Shown in pieces: positions 51,876 through 62,311 of a DNA stretch of 64,000 nucleotides. Numbering within the stretch: the stretch's first letter is position 1; each line of letters begins with the position of its first letter. This DNA comes from Nitrospirota bacterium. GTDB lineage: Bacteria; Nitrospirota; JACRHJ01. Both the position numbers and the translations under genes were made by a program. Below the pieces are notes generated by a model. It was not told the origin of the DNA, made no database searches, and was given only the letters and a program-made list of their open reading frames with translations. Location of the stretch: the NCBI GenBank assembly GCA_963733375.1, contig CAVTDB010000013.1:78658-142657 (forward strand), in the 5' to 3' direction.

Positions 51876-53627
51876 TTAATACCATGTGTTATTTTTTTTT
51901 ACAACATCATCAAATGCAACTTTTATTTCTCTAAACCTTTCTAATGATCCGCCGAAAAGACCAAGCTTCAATAGTAACCAATCGGCACCGTCCTTATCGC
52001 TTTCCTTTGAAATTACATCCATTATATTTTTTTCTGGATAATCTTCATTTCTCCAGACATAACAACCCCAGGGACCGTAAGCATGTCCTCGTAATTTTTG
52101 GCTATAATCAGCATGAACTAAAGATAATAAATATTCAAACCTATCGAAGTAATTCTCAAATCTAAAATCCTGAGGCAATAAATCCTTGAATGAATTTCTT
52201 AAAGTGTTGAAAAGATATTCGCTAAATGGCGTGGGTCGGTCTAGCATGCCTGGGATATGTTTAGCGTAGTCCTGTTTAAGAACTTTGACATTATTTATCT
52301 TGAAGATTAAGGGCTGATCCTCACCTGTATCTTTTTTAATTTGTCTAGTAATTAAGAAAGCGAAGGTCTCATATCTACCTGCGGCTAAGGCAGCTATACA
52401 TCCACTATATAAAAGCAATAGAGCTGGATATTTTCGTAATTCATTCCAAATTACATGGCCACCGGTATTCTCAGGCGGATTAGCTATTCGGTCAAGACAT
52501 TTACTCCATAATTTGTCTTGCACTTTAGTGCCGTGATAACATCCATTCATAATAAGCTGCAAAAGAATATCTGAAAGAGCTTCATATTGTTGAAGTTGTT
52601 TTATAAGTTTCCCTGAATCATATGGGATATATAATGAAGAACTATCTGAAAATAGTTGTATATAAAGCTTTTCTGTCTCGTAAGTTAGCAAATCATGTAA
52701 ATTTATCCTATGCCTGTCCTCGACAATGTATTTTTTCAAACTAACGACAGCGGCTTTTGCAGATAATGGGTGCGGGCGTGAGTATTCTTCTAAGGCAGAC
52801 ACCTTCTCGGCAAGCTCTTTAAAGAACCCATCCGAGTTAAAAATTGTAATAGTTTGAGCACGTCTTAATTCGACAAGTTTTTTTGATACTTCTCCCAACT
52901 CTGCTCTAGTGGTCCAAAAAGTAGTAAACCTGTGGTTCTTGCACCTCTCTATTGCTCCCCGTAATGCTGTATCCCACACACCTGACCAACCACAAACGAT
53001 TAAACCGAATTCGTCTAGAACCCTATCCAGTAGAGCGTTTATACGCTCGTCATAATCGGCTAGTTCCTCCGGCGTGTTTTTTATGCGAACATCGAGATAA
53101 TCGCCGTTTATTTTGATTACGGTGCAAGTAGAATGCATAAGCGGCAAAGCACCGTCCACGGCATCTGGCGTACTGATAACTGTCGGGACTATACCAACAG
53201 AATGCAAGGCTTCTTCTAACAGCTTATCAAAGTTCGTTGTAATTATGACTTTGATAAAACCGCCGACAACTAACTGAGCAATCGCTTTATGACTTTCGGT
53301 CGGTATTTTTAAACCAGCTTCCCTATCTGCCTCCGTTGGTTCAAAATAGCTCCTCAGCAACTGATTGCGTTCGGCAGCGGTTTTTGCAATATCATCTAAT
53401 AATTTCGAATAGTCAGGATCTTCACCAAATGTGTCTTTATACCATGCTGCGGGGTCTGGCTCACAATCCAAGCCTTTAATCGCGGCTAATTTGCGGATAA
53501 GGTCTAATACAATATCCCAGCCTGTCGGAATACCTGAAGCACGAGATACGCCAGAACCAAGCAAGAGGGCATAAACTCCCTTGCTTGACTGCATCGAAAA
53601 TGCTAACGATAAAATGGGTTCAATCAT
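51876..53627 (-). CDS. SIR2-family domain protein
   Basis: LLGSGVSR..GIP.GW, ITTNFD, KINGDY, L.VCGWS..D; AT-rich. Confidence 0.88.
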   Translation of the reverse strand: MIEPILSLAFSMQSSKGVYALLLGSGVSRASGIPTGWDIVLDLIRKLAAIKGLDCEPDPAAWYKDTFGEDPDYSKLLDDIAKTAAERNQLLRSYFEPTEADREAGLKIPTESHKAIAQLVVGGFIKVIITTNFDKLLEEALHSVGIVPTVISTPDAVDGALPLMHSTCTVIKINGDYLDVRIKNTPEELADYDERINALLDRVLDEFGLIVCGWSGVWDTALRGAIERCKNHRFTTFWTTRAELGEVSKKLVELRRAQTITIFNSDGFFKELAEKVSALEEYSRPHPLSAKAAVVSLKKYIVEDRHRINLHDLLTYETEKLYIQLFSDSSSLYIPYDSGKLIKQLQQYEALSDILLQLIMNGCYHGTKVQDKLWSKCLDRIANPPENTGGHVIWNELRKYPALLLLYSGCIAALAAGRYETFAFLITRQIKKDTGEDQPLIFKINNVKVLKQDYAKHIPGMLDRPTPFSEYLFNTLRNSFKDLLPQDFRFENYFDRFEYLLSLVHADYSQKLRGHAYGPWGCYVWRNEDYPEKNIMDVISKESDKDGADWLLLKLGLFGGSLERFREIKVAFDDVVKKNNTWY

Positions 53628-53635
53628 CGTGGATT

Positions 53636-55840
53636 TTACCCTCCCGCCGGAAGCTCGATGACGAACTTCGCGCCGTGCGGGTTATTGCCTTCCACGCGGA
53701 TGTAGCCGCCGTGGTCGGCGACGATGCGGCTCACTATAGCGAGGCCAAGGCCGGTGCCGGATTTCTTCTTGGAAAAATAGGGCTGAAATAACTTCTCCCT
53801 GTCCTCCGGCAGAATCCCAGGGCCAACGTCTGCGACCGTAATCCGCGCTATCCGGGCGCGCTTGTCGTAGGCCGTCGCCACGCTGACTTTGCCGCTTCCG
53901 TCCATGGCGGTAACAGCATTATCGAACAGGTTAAGGAAGACGCGTTTTAACTGCTCTTTGTCCACTTTTATCGCGGGCATATTGATGTCGAACTCACGCA
54001 GTATCTCGATGTCCTTGTGCGCTCCGCCGAAGAGCGTAGCCACCTCGTCGATGATGCCGTGCAGGTCGTTCGGCACAGGCGAGCATTCCGGCATCCGGGC
54101 GAAGCGGGAGAACTCGTCCACGAGGTTTTTCATCCCCTCCACCTGATTTATAATCATGGATGTACACTCGTCCACGATGTTGCCGTAGTCCCCCGTCCCT
54201 TCAAGATACCGCTTCCGTAACCTCTGCGCGGAGAGCTGTATCGGCGTGAGCGGGTTCTTCACTTCGTGGGCTATCCTTCTCGCTACTTCCTTCCAGGCCG
54301 CCGCGCGCTGCGCCCTTATCAGTTCCGTCATATCGTCGAACACCACGAGCGTACCAAGGTATCCGCCTTGCGCGTCTTTCAGGGGCGAGACGAAAAGCCT
54401 TAAGTTAAGGGCCCTGCGTCCGACCGTCGACTGGATTTCTTTCTCCATGCCTGAGCCGTCTTCCGCCATGGGACCTATCTGTTCGCGTATCTCCTCAAGC
54501 TGATGGAACTCGAAAATATCACGGTAGTTCTTGCCGACGCCGTCTTCCGCGCCCATCTCCAGGATGCGCTGGGCCGCGCCGTTGAACGTGCTTATCCTGC
54601 CCCCCCGGTCGATGGTCAGCACCCCGGTATTTACGTTCTCTAACACGGTCTCTATGAACTGCCGCCTCTGCTCCAGGAGTTCGTTTGCGCGGCTTAAGGT
54701 TTCGTTGGCCTGGTTCAGCCTGTGCCGGGAGAACTTCAAATCCCGCGTCATCCTTTTAAAGGAGTCCACGAGCACCCCGATCTCGTCGCTGGCGACCACA
54801 TCAATTTTAACGTCGTAATCGCCTTTGGATATCGTATCCGTGGCCTCGGCAAGCGAGGTGATGGGCACGGTAATGATGCGCGAGAGGTACAGCCCGAACC
54901 AGAGCGCGGCGAAGAGGATGACCAGGGTTATCAGCATGAAGGAGAGCAGGTAGCTTTCCTTGAGTGGGTTCTTGAACGTGCGCAGGTTCCAGTATTCCTC
55001 ATAGAACCTGGAGACGTCCGCAAGGTTCGCGGATACCACGGGCGAGATGAAATAGCTCGCCACGACGACACCGCCTGGCCGCCCGGAGCGGTCTTTGAAT
55101 ACAGCCGCGCCGCTTATGACCTCTCCCATGCGCCTTGTCTCGGACGCCGAAACCGGCTTGCCTTTATCCAGGGCCTCACTGAAGATGTCTTCGCCTGAGG
55201 AGAGCGCCCAGGCAAACTTACCCCGCCCAGCCGCGGCCAGAATTTTCTTATCCCTTGAATAGACCTCGACCAGGTCCAGCCGGTATTCGTCCCGCGCGGT
55301 CCGGGAGAAGGTTTTCATATCGGCCGGCTTTTTATTTTCAGATAGCCGCTGGGCCATCACCCGGGCGTAGTGCAGGGCGTCCTTTGTTTTTTCCGCCCTG
55401 TACTCCCGCGCAATGGAGATGGAGTCCAGCACCGCGCCCTCGATGCGCGGGCCGAACCAGTATTTTACACTGCCGGTCAGCAGTCCGGAGGCTACGATAA
55501 ACAAAAGACCCGCCGGGACGATCGACAGGGCTATGAAGGCTGTGACTAATTTAGTCTTGAAACCGGCGCCGAAGGGGCTTTTCTTCTTCTCGAAATATAT
55601 CTTGGCCAGCTGGCGGCCGAGCAGGAGCAGGAGGACGACGAGCAGGATGACGTTGATATTTAAGAGGCCGAGCGCCATCACGTTGCCCATCAGAGGCCTC
55701 TGCTGATGGGATTTTACTAGGATCTCCACCACGGTCGCCGCGATGGTCAAGAGTAAAAAACCGGCGATAACCAAGAGCGTCCTGCGGCTCTTGGATGGTC
55801 CGGAAACAGGTGGGCGGGGGGATGCGTCCTTCTCGGGCAT
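53636..55840 (-). CDS. ntrY: PAS/HAMP sensor histidine kinase NtrY
   Basis: TM helices, HAMP, PAS, AWKEVARRIAHEVKNPLTPIQLSA, GTGLGL. Confidence 0.9.
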   Translation of the reverse strand: MPEKDASPRPPVSGPSKSRRTLLVIAGFLLLTIAATVVEILVKSHQQRPLMGNVMALGLLNINVILLVVLLLLLGRQLAKIYFEKKKSPFGAGFKTKLVTAFIALSIVPAGLLFIVASGLLTGSVKYWFGPRIEGAVLDSISIAREYRAEKTKDALHYARVMAQRLSENKKPADMKTFSRTARDEYRLDLVEVYSRDKKILAAAGRGKFAWALSSGEDIFSEALDKGKPVSASETRRMGEVISGAAVFKDRSGRPGGVVVASYFISPVVSANLADVSRFYEEYWNLRTFKNPLKESYLLSFMLITLVILFAALWFGLYLSRIITVPITSLAEATDTISKGDYDVKIDVVASDEIGVLVDSFKRMTRDLKFSRHRLNQANETLSRANELLEQRRQFIETVLENVNTGVLTIDRGGRISTFNGAAQRILEMGAEDGVGKNYRDIFEFHQLEEIREQIGPMAEDGSGMEKEIQSTVGRRALNLRLFVSPLKDAQGGYLGTLVVFDDMTELIRAQRAAAWKEVARRIAHEVKNPLTPIQLSAQRLRKRYLEGTGDYGNIVDECTSMIINQVEGMKNLVDEFSRFARMPECSPVPNDLHGIIDEVATLFGGAHKDIEILREFDINMPAIKVDKEQLKRVFLNLFDNAVTAMDGSGKVSVATAYDKRARIARITVADVGPGILPEDREKLFQPYFSKKKSGTGLGLAIVSRIVADHGGYIRVEGNNPHGAKFVIELPAGG

Positions 55841-55951
55841 GAAAATTCTCTTGGGGTGAATAAAAAGTGTGTCTAAAATACCACACTCATAATATAAAAT
55901 CAAGGTAAAGGCGGGGTCCTAAGGGCCAGGCTGGCAGGCAAAAAAAAGGGG

Positions 55952-56539
55952 TCAGGCCAGGCGGCGGAAATACTCGGCTATCTCTTCATCGGGGCTGACG
56001 AACCGTTCCACCTGGCATATTAAGGCGGTCCGGTTATGTTCCCGGATGGCCGTCTCAAGCTGCGGAGTCAGGCCGGGCGCCCGTGAGAGCCGGACCGCTG
56101 GAGCGTTTAAAGCGACAATGTCGCATTTTTTAAGGTTTTCCAGCGCGCCCGGCTTCATCTCCTCGAGGCTCTCTCCCGCGACGAAAAAAGCCAGGTCCGC
56201 CTTTAGAATCCTTGCCGCGGCATTCCCCTCGATGATTACGCCCGGAGCGCCCGATTTATAGACCATATCAAAGGCAATCGAGAGGGCGTCGGAGAGGTCG
56301 CGCTCCCCGGCGCGTATCCATATCACTTCCCTGGCCCCGGCCTGTCTCATCAGGGCGGTGTCCTTGCCGGGTGTCAAAATTTCGGCCTCGTCGTCCGTAA
56401 CGCAGACGAGGAGGTCGTCATGCGTCACCTTTATCGCGGCATAACCAGGCAGGCTCCTGCTAAGGAGCGTCGCCAGGTACGTCTTCCCGACGCCGCTATG
56501 GGAGCCGGATATTGTGATTACGCGAGGGTGCAAAGTCAA
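55952..56539 (-). CDS. MobB-like P-loop protein
   Basis: ISGSHSGVGKT, AIK, GKDT....AGA..V.W, IIEGN. Confidence 0.7.
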   Translation of the reverse strand: MTLHPRVITISGSHSGVGKTYLATLLSRSLPGYAAIKVTHDDLLVCVTDDEAEILTPGKDTALMRQAGAREVIWIRAGERDLSDALSIAFDMVYKSGAPGVIIEGNAAARILKADLAFFVAGESLEEMKPGALENLKKCDIVALNAPAVRLSRAPGLTPQLETAIREHNRTALICQVERFVSPDEEIAEYFRRLA

Positions 56540-56543
56540 TCCC

Positions 56544-56652
56544 TAAAACCGTTACTTTTCTTTCACGGGAAAGAAAAGTAACACAAAAGAAAGCGGGGCT
56601 GTTAGTCCAAAAGTTTTTGGCGTTACCTTTTTTCAAAAAGGTAACGGTTTTA
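56544..56652. repeat. AT-rich inverted doublet (type1+type2)
   Basis: TAAAACCGTTAC...GTAACGGTTTTA; overlaps the ptb 3' end. Confidence 0.92.
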
Positions 56653-57592
56653 TCCTGTATCCCGCCTCGTTTATATGCTCGCCGTAGAGCACCGCGAGCG
56701 CCAGGGCGTTTATCTTCTCAGCCGGGGGGTCGGAGCGCGAGGTGAGGATTATCGGGCAGCCCGCGCCGACTACTATACCCGCGCCCTCCGCATTCGCGAA
56801 ATGCCTGAGCGCCTTGTATATCACGTTACCCATCTCTATATTCGGCGAGACCAGGACATCGGCCAATCCGGCGACGGCCCCGGTTATCCCCTTCCTCGAA
56901 GCTGCGTCCACGGAGACCGCAACGTCGAGCGCGAGCGGCCCTTCCACGTCAGCCTCCGGTATCGCCTCCTTCGCCCATACAGCCAAATCATTCGCGTCCA
57001 CCGTTGACTGGATTTTCGGATGCACCTTCTCGGTCGCGGACAGAAGCGCGACTTTCGGCCTTTCTATCCTCAAAAGCTTCCGGGCTACGAAGACCGCGTT
57101 CGCGATTATCCCCTTTTTCATCTCGAGGTCCGGGGCGATATTAATCCCGCCGTCCGTCTGGATGATAAGCCTGTCGAACCCCGGGACCTGCAAGACCCCG
57201 CAGTGGCTTATGAAGAACCCCGTGGACAGGCCGTTCTCCTTCCTGAATATCGGGCTCAGGAATGTGGAAGTCGGCACCATGCCCTTCATCAAAATATCCG
57301 CTTCCTTCGTGCGTATCAGCTTCACGCCCAACTCCACCTTCTCGTCCTCGCCGCTTATGTCCACCAGCTCGAAAAGTTCCGGGTCGAAGCCCCGCTCTTT
57401 TATTATCTCAAGTATACGCGCCCGCTCGCCGATAAGGATGGGCCTTGCCAGCCCGAGACGGGCGGCGGTGTCCATCGCGGTTAGCGCGCTTTTGTCCTCC
57501 GCCGCGCATACCGCCACCCTGTAAGGCGTGAGACACTCCCTCGCCTGCTTCGCCGCGGCCATCAGTTCGCTGAAGTTCCTAATCCCGCCCAT
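56633..57592 (-). CDS. ptb: Phosphate butyryltransferase
   Basis: ADILMKG.V.T, TDGGINIAP, GPLALD.A, P.ILTSRSD; next to buk. Confidence 0.88.
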   Translation of the reverse strand: MGGIRNFSELMAAAKQARECLTPYRVAVCAAEDKSALTAMDTAARLGLARPILIGERARILEIIKERGFDPELFELVDISGEDEKVELGVKLIRTKEADILMKGMVPTSTFLSPIFRKENGLSTGFFISHCGVLQVPGFDRLIIQTDGGINIAPDLEMKKGIIANAVFVARKLLRIERPKVALLSATEKVHPKIQSTVDANDLAVWAKEAIPEADVEGPLALDVAVSVDAASRKGITGAVAGLADVLVSPNIEMGNVIYKALRHFANAEGAGIVVGAGCPIILTSRSDPPAEKINALALAVLYGEHINEAGYRIKPLPF

Positions 57593-58666
57593 AATGAAGC
57601 ACCCGTTCCTCTCCTGATAGCGCCGCCTGTGCATGCCAGGCCAGCGCCTCCATCTCCGCCTGCCCCGGATATACGAGCACCTTTGCTATAAACTCCACCC
57701 GCCCGGAAACCTCTTTTGCCACCCTTGCCGAGAATGCCACGCCGCCGGTCACGATAATAGCGGAAACCCTGCCTGATAGCGCCGCGGCCATCGCGCCTAT
57801 TTCCTTCGACACCTGGTACGCCATAGCCGACAGCACCATCTCCGCCGTCTTATCCCCGGCCTCGATGCGCCTCTCGATTTCCCGCACGTCGCCCGTGCCC
57901 AGGTAACCTTTCAGGCCGCTTTCAAAAACCAGTTTGCGCTGAAGCGACGGCTTCGTGTATTCGCCTGAATATGCCATTTCCAGCAGGTCGCCCGTCGGAA
58001 GCGCCCCGGCCCTTAAAGGCGAGAAAGGACCCATGCCGAGTAGCGCGTTATTTACGTCAACTATCCTTCCGCGCCTGATTGCCGCGACGGTCGTCCCCCC
58101 ACCCATGTGGACTGCTATGAAATTAGCCTCATCTGCTTTAAGCCCCAGGTCGCGCGACGCGCGGCGGATGCGCTCCTTGATATTCAGCGCGTGCAGGAGG
58201 CTTTGCCTCTTTATCTCGGGCACTCCCGAAACGCGTGCTATATCGTCCATCTCGTCGACCGTGACCGGGTCCGCCGTGAATGCGGGGATGCCGTATTCCT
58301 CAGTCAGTCGTAGCCCCATTAGAGCCCCGAGGTTCGAGGCGTGCTCCCGGCCCCAGAGGTCCTTAGAGTCCCGTAAGTCCTCCACCATCTCCTTTGTCAC
58401 CCGGTAAACTCCGCTTTTGACGGGCCGCATCAGTCCGCCGCGCACCGCCACGGCGTCCAGTTTCGAATATCCACCGCCCTTCGCCGCAGGGCGTCCATCA
58501 GCGTCTCCATGCGGAAGGCAAGTTGCGAGGGGATGTCCTTGAATTTCCTTAATACTTCTTCGGGGTGGACAACGTCTTCCTGGAATACCTTTTCATCGCC
58601 GGTAAAGAGCGCGATTTTCGTCGAGGTGGAGCCGGGGTTGATGACGAGGATGGTTGAGGGGGCCAT
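57579..58666 (-). CDS. buk: Butyrate kinase (frameshift ~58460)
   Basis: ILVINPGSTSTK, RGGL, HASNLG, DPVTVDE, HALN, HMGGG. Confidence 0.93.
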
Positions 58667-58730
58667 AGCACTCTATCATAACAGAGGGAGGGGCTATGTT
58701 CAAGGAAAGTAACGCCCTGAACCGCATTAA

Positions 58731-58815
58731 CCCTCTCCCTGGCCCCTCTCCCAGCGACGGGAGAGGGGTGGAAGATTTTAACCCTCGCCCCATGTGGGAG
58801 AGGTAGGGAGAGGGG
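58731..58815. repeat. G/C-rich triplex-motif inverted doublet (boxC-like)
   Basis: CCCTCTCCC-tgg-CCCCTCTCCC-agcgac-GGGAGAGGGG and an inverted partner ending GGGAGAGGGG. Confidence 0.8.
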
Positions 58816-58817
58816 TA

Positions 58818-61050
58818 TTAGAAGAAATACGTCAGCGAGGTAAACACCGAATGGGCCTCGTATGGCTGGTACAGGGTGCCCATGTTCAGGAGATCGACAG
58901 CCCCGGCGGCGTTGGTTTGGACGTTCGTGAGGCCGTCGCGCTGGTAGTCGCTTATGCTCCACTTTTCATACCTGTATCCAAGAGACGCCGAGATGGATTT
59001 GGTCAGCTTCACCCGGAGCGTCACAATCGCCCTCCAGAACTCATTGGAATCGAGGTTATTGAAGTTGTCGGGGATGAACGCGTTCAGGTCCGGGTTAGGG
59101 CCAGTCGTGAGGCCGAGCGGACTTGAGAAGAAGGCCTTGCCTTGCACCTTCGACCAGGTCCCTTCAGCTTTTATACTGATGAACTCCGGCACGACCTGCA
59201 TGTCCGTCCCCAGGCCGACGGTCTGGATATTCGACCTTGTGCGCAGGTTCCAGTTGCTGGGGCTACTGGGGTCTGTCAGAAATGCGGCGGTCGCGGGAGT
59301 AGACTGCCTGTCCTCCTGGCCCTGGCTGTTGTATTCATAGGTGTAGAAGGCGTTCACCGATACCCATTTGGCGAGCTGCAGGTCCAGTGTCCACCGTCGC
59401 CGTCTGGAACTTGTTCAGTTGCAGGCCAAAGTAGGAACTGTCATAGCGGTCCCTGCCGTAAGTGTACTCCAGCGAGAACGAAAGCGGGTCGATGGGCATC
59501 ACCGTCACGATGGCGTCGGCTTGCATAGCGGTCTTTGTCCGCCATGTCGAATTTCCTGAGTAACGGGGGCTGACCGCCGGCGGTGTCCTCGTCGCCATAG
59601 TTCGATTCCCTGTCCGCATGGAGGAAGCTGAGCTTGGCTGTGAGCCAGTCCATGTTCCGGGTGTCGACGAAGAACTTTTCGGTGTTTTCCACCTCCGTCA
59701 TCCTCCCGGTGATCTCGTAGAAGTAGGTCTGGTCTGTGTACTGGTAGTTCACGCCCACGTTGGTCTTGGGCAGGATCTCATACGCCGCCTCGCCCTCCGC
59801 GGTGCGCGAAACCCAGCTGTTGTATTCGGGAGTCGAAAGCGAAGAGGTCGCGGAATCATACTGAAAGGCGGTGAAAGTCTGCACCGGGGTGTTGTTTATA
59901 TGGTCGAAGTACCTGAAGTCCGCCTTCAGGGACAGCTTCTCTACCGGCGAAGAGGTAGCCCGCACTCTAACTGCTTCGACTCCACCTCGCAGTCCGCCTT
60001 CGCCCTGGGCAGGGGGCCGAATACCGCCGCCGGGTTTGCCGACGGGGCCTGGAGGTTCTCGTTCTGGTTTTCCCAGGCGTAGCTCCCTATGAAGAGCACG
60101 CGGGTGCGCATGGGCAGGTTCACGCCAAGCGCGCCGTTTATGTCATCGTATAAGTTGCTGGGGGGCAGGGAGGTCCTTTCCAGGCCGGCCGCGAAGGGAT
60201 TCTCCCACGTTAAGGACTGGATATTGTTGTCGAAGGTGGAGTGGTAAAAATTCAAGCGGGCGAATACCAGTTTGTCGGCGTATTCCAGTCCCGCCTTTGC
60301 GTTATAGGTGTCGTAGTTTATAGGCTCGGCTATCTCCACCGGGGCCCCGAAGCCCAGGGATCCACCCAAGGGACGGGCGCCGTCCCGGTTCTCCCAGGTG
60401 AAACCGAGGTTTAAATCCACGGGCCAGAACATGTCCAGGTCGAGGTCCGCGCCGAGCTTGTCCCGCCGGAGGAGCAGGTCAACGGTATTCGCATCAGCCT
60501 CCGCTGCCTGGAACGTCCCTGCATTCGCCGCCGCCGTCGGGAGACCCAGGCCCGGTTTCAGGGTAAGGTTCCCTGTGCCGACCCCGTCAAAGACGGATTT
60601 CACGCCGTAGGCGAAAACATGCCCCATCCTCTGAAAGCCGAAGTCGAACTTGTACAGCCCGTAGGTTTGGCTCGTCAGGTCGACATCGAGGTCCTCCGGG
60701 CTCCTGTAGTCGATGGAAAGGTCCATCCTGTGCGACCCGTCCGGGGATATGACGTACGCGTTCAGTCCGCCGAACCCGCCCCAGGGCTCGGACTGTTTGT
60801 AGCGGTACTCGTTAAACTTCGCGCTGCCGCTGTCTTCCCAGAAGTATTCGCCTCCGCCCGTTATACTCCCGTGCGCTATCCATCCGGGGGCCCCTCCTTC
60901 GGGGGCAGGAGGCGGAGCGGGGGCGGGAGCCTCCGCGTTGGCTGGAGGTGCGATTGCTGGAGGGGCGGTGGCATCCTGGGCCATAACCGGGAGCGCAGTC
61001 GTGCCGGCCAGAAGCAGCAGGCATGACGTTATCAACATGAATTTTTTCAT
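58818..61050 (-). CDS. MtrB/PioB family outer-membrane beta-barrel (about 3 frameshifts)
   Basis: Signal peptide, SAKFNEYR, PINYDT, LPPSN, LRKFDMAD, C-terminal aromatic; directly after decaheme gene. Confidence 0.88.
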
Positions 61051-61065
61051 AGTAGACCCCTCCTC

Positions 61066-61998
61066 CTATCTTAAGAAAAATTCGCCAGACGGGCTGTTGG
61101 ACCCGTGGATGTCTGAGTGACAGTTCAGGCAGTCTCTGTAAATTGCCTGTACGGCCAGGCTCCTGGAGGGATTGTTCGGCACGTTCGTCGACGCGCCCAT
61201 GGCGTACAGTGTTCCGGGATGCCTCGAGCCGGAATGGCACGACTGGCAGAGGTAGATACTCTTACGGGCCAGGAGCTTGGTATGGTTCGAGCCGTGCGGC
61301 GTATGGCAATTCATGCAGTCCTCTACCACCGGCTTGTGCTCGAACAGAAACGGCCCGCGCTTCTCCGCGTGGCACTCGAAGCACTTGTCGTTTATCGTGA
61401 GGGCGTCAACTAACTTCGGGGCTATCGTCCCGTGCGGGTTATGGCAGTTCGTGCAGGTCAGCTTGCCCTCCCGGACCGGATGGTGGCTGGAGCGCCATAA
61501 CTCGGCCCGGATGTCGCCGTGGCAGCGCGCGCAGAGATCTATCTCGCTGTCCATCACTAAAAGATGCCTGTAGCCGTGGTGTACGGAGTGGCAGTTCGTG
61601 CATGCGAGGCTCCTGGTTTCGTGCGTGCTGCCTTTCCAGAGGGCAAGCTTTCCCCTTAAATGGCAGCCCAGACATATCTCGTTCATGGCCGGGGAGTCCA
61701 GTTTCTTCGGGTTCCGGATCTTGGTGGGGTCGCCCTCTTTCGCGTGGTTTGCGCCGGGGCCGTGGCAGGTTTCGCATCCCTGGAACGTCGTGAAGAATTT
61801 CCCGGCCTGCATATGGATGTTCGTCTGGAAATTCGCCGCCTCGTCCGGATGGCACCCGGCGCAGACGTTGTTGCCCACGTAACCGTTGTCGTCCGGAGCG
61901 CCGGCTGCGCCATCGGCCGCATAGGCCGAAAGGCTGGTGATAACCAGCAGGAATAAAGCAGCGGCTGCCGCCTTAAAAAAGGTAATCTTCCCGTACAT
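61066..61998 (-). CDS. DmsE/MtrA family decaheme cytochrome c
   Basis: Exactly 10 CxxCH; CHAEKRGPF.FEH.PV.EDC, CHSDIHGSN.PSG. Confidence 0.95.
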   Translation of the reverse strand: MYGKITFFKAAAAALFLLVITSLSAYAADGAAGAPDDNGYVGNNVCAGCHPDEAANFQTNIHMQAGKFFTTFQGCETCHGPGANHAKEGDPTKIRNPKKLDSPAMNEICLGCHLRGKLALWKGSTHETRSLACTNCHSVHHGYRHLLVMDSEIDLCARCHGDIRAELWRSSHHPVREGKLTCTNCHNPHGTIAPKLVDALTINDKCFECHAEKRGPFLFEHKPVVEDCMNCHTPHGSNHTKLLARKSIYLCQSCHSGSRHPGTLYAMGASTNVPNNPSRSLAVQAIYRDCLNCHSDIHGSNSPSGEFFLR

Positions 61999-62311
61999 TG
62001 ACCCCTCCTTCCGGGGGATGAGCTATCCTCCCCGACTGATTTGCGCCGCCCGCGGAATGGCGCGGCAAGTGAATTGCTCTTTACTTCTGGATTGCTTTAT
62101 ACTTTGGAAAAGAAGAAATTTACGGATTGCCTAAGGCTGGGAAAAGATGCGCGCTATTTCTTAACTCTTAACAAAATAACCAAATTTTGTCAATCATACC
62201 CCGCAAATAAACGGGTGTGGCCGGCTTTTGCCAAGTAACGATTCCAGCTTCGCTCAAATCCATGATAGTTTATGCTTGCCAACGGTTTGCAGGGTGATGT
62301 AATATCGCCTG

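Noticed and set aside
62000-62110. Cyclic-dinucleotide (GEMM) riboswitch upstream of the decaheme gene
   Set aside because: Only a GGCGCAAA fragment resembles the motif; GNRA tetraloop/receptor architecture is not evident
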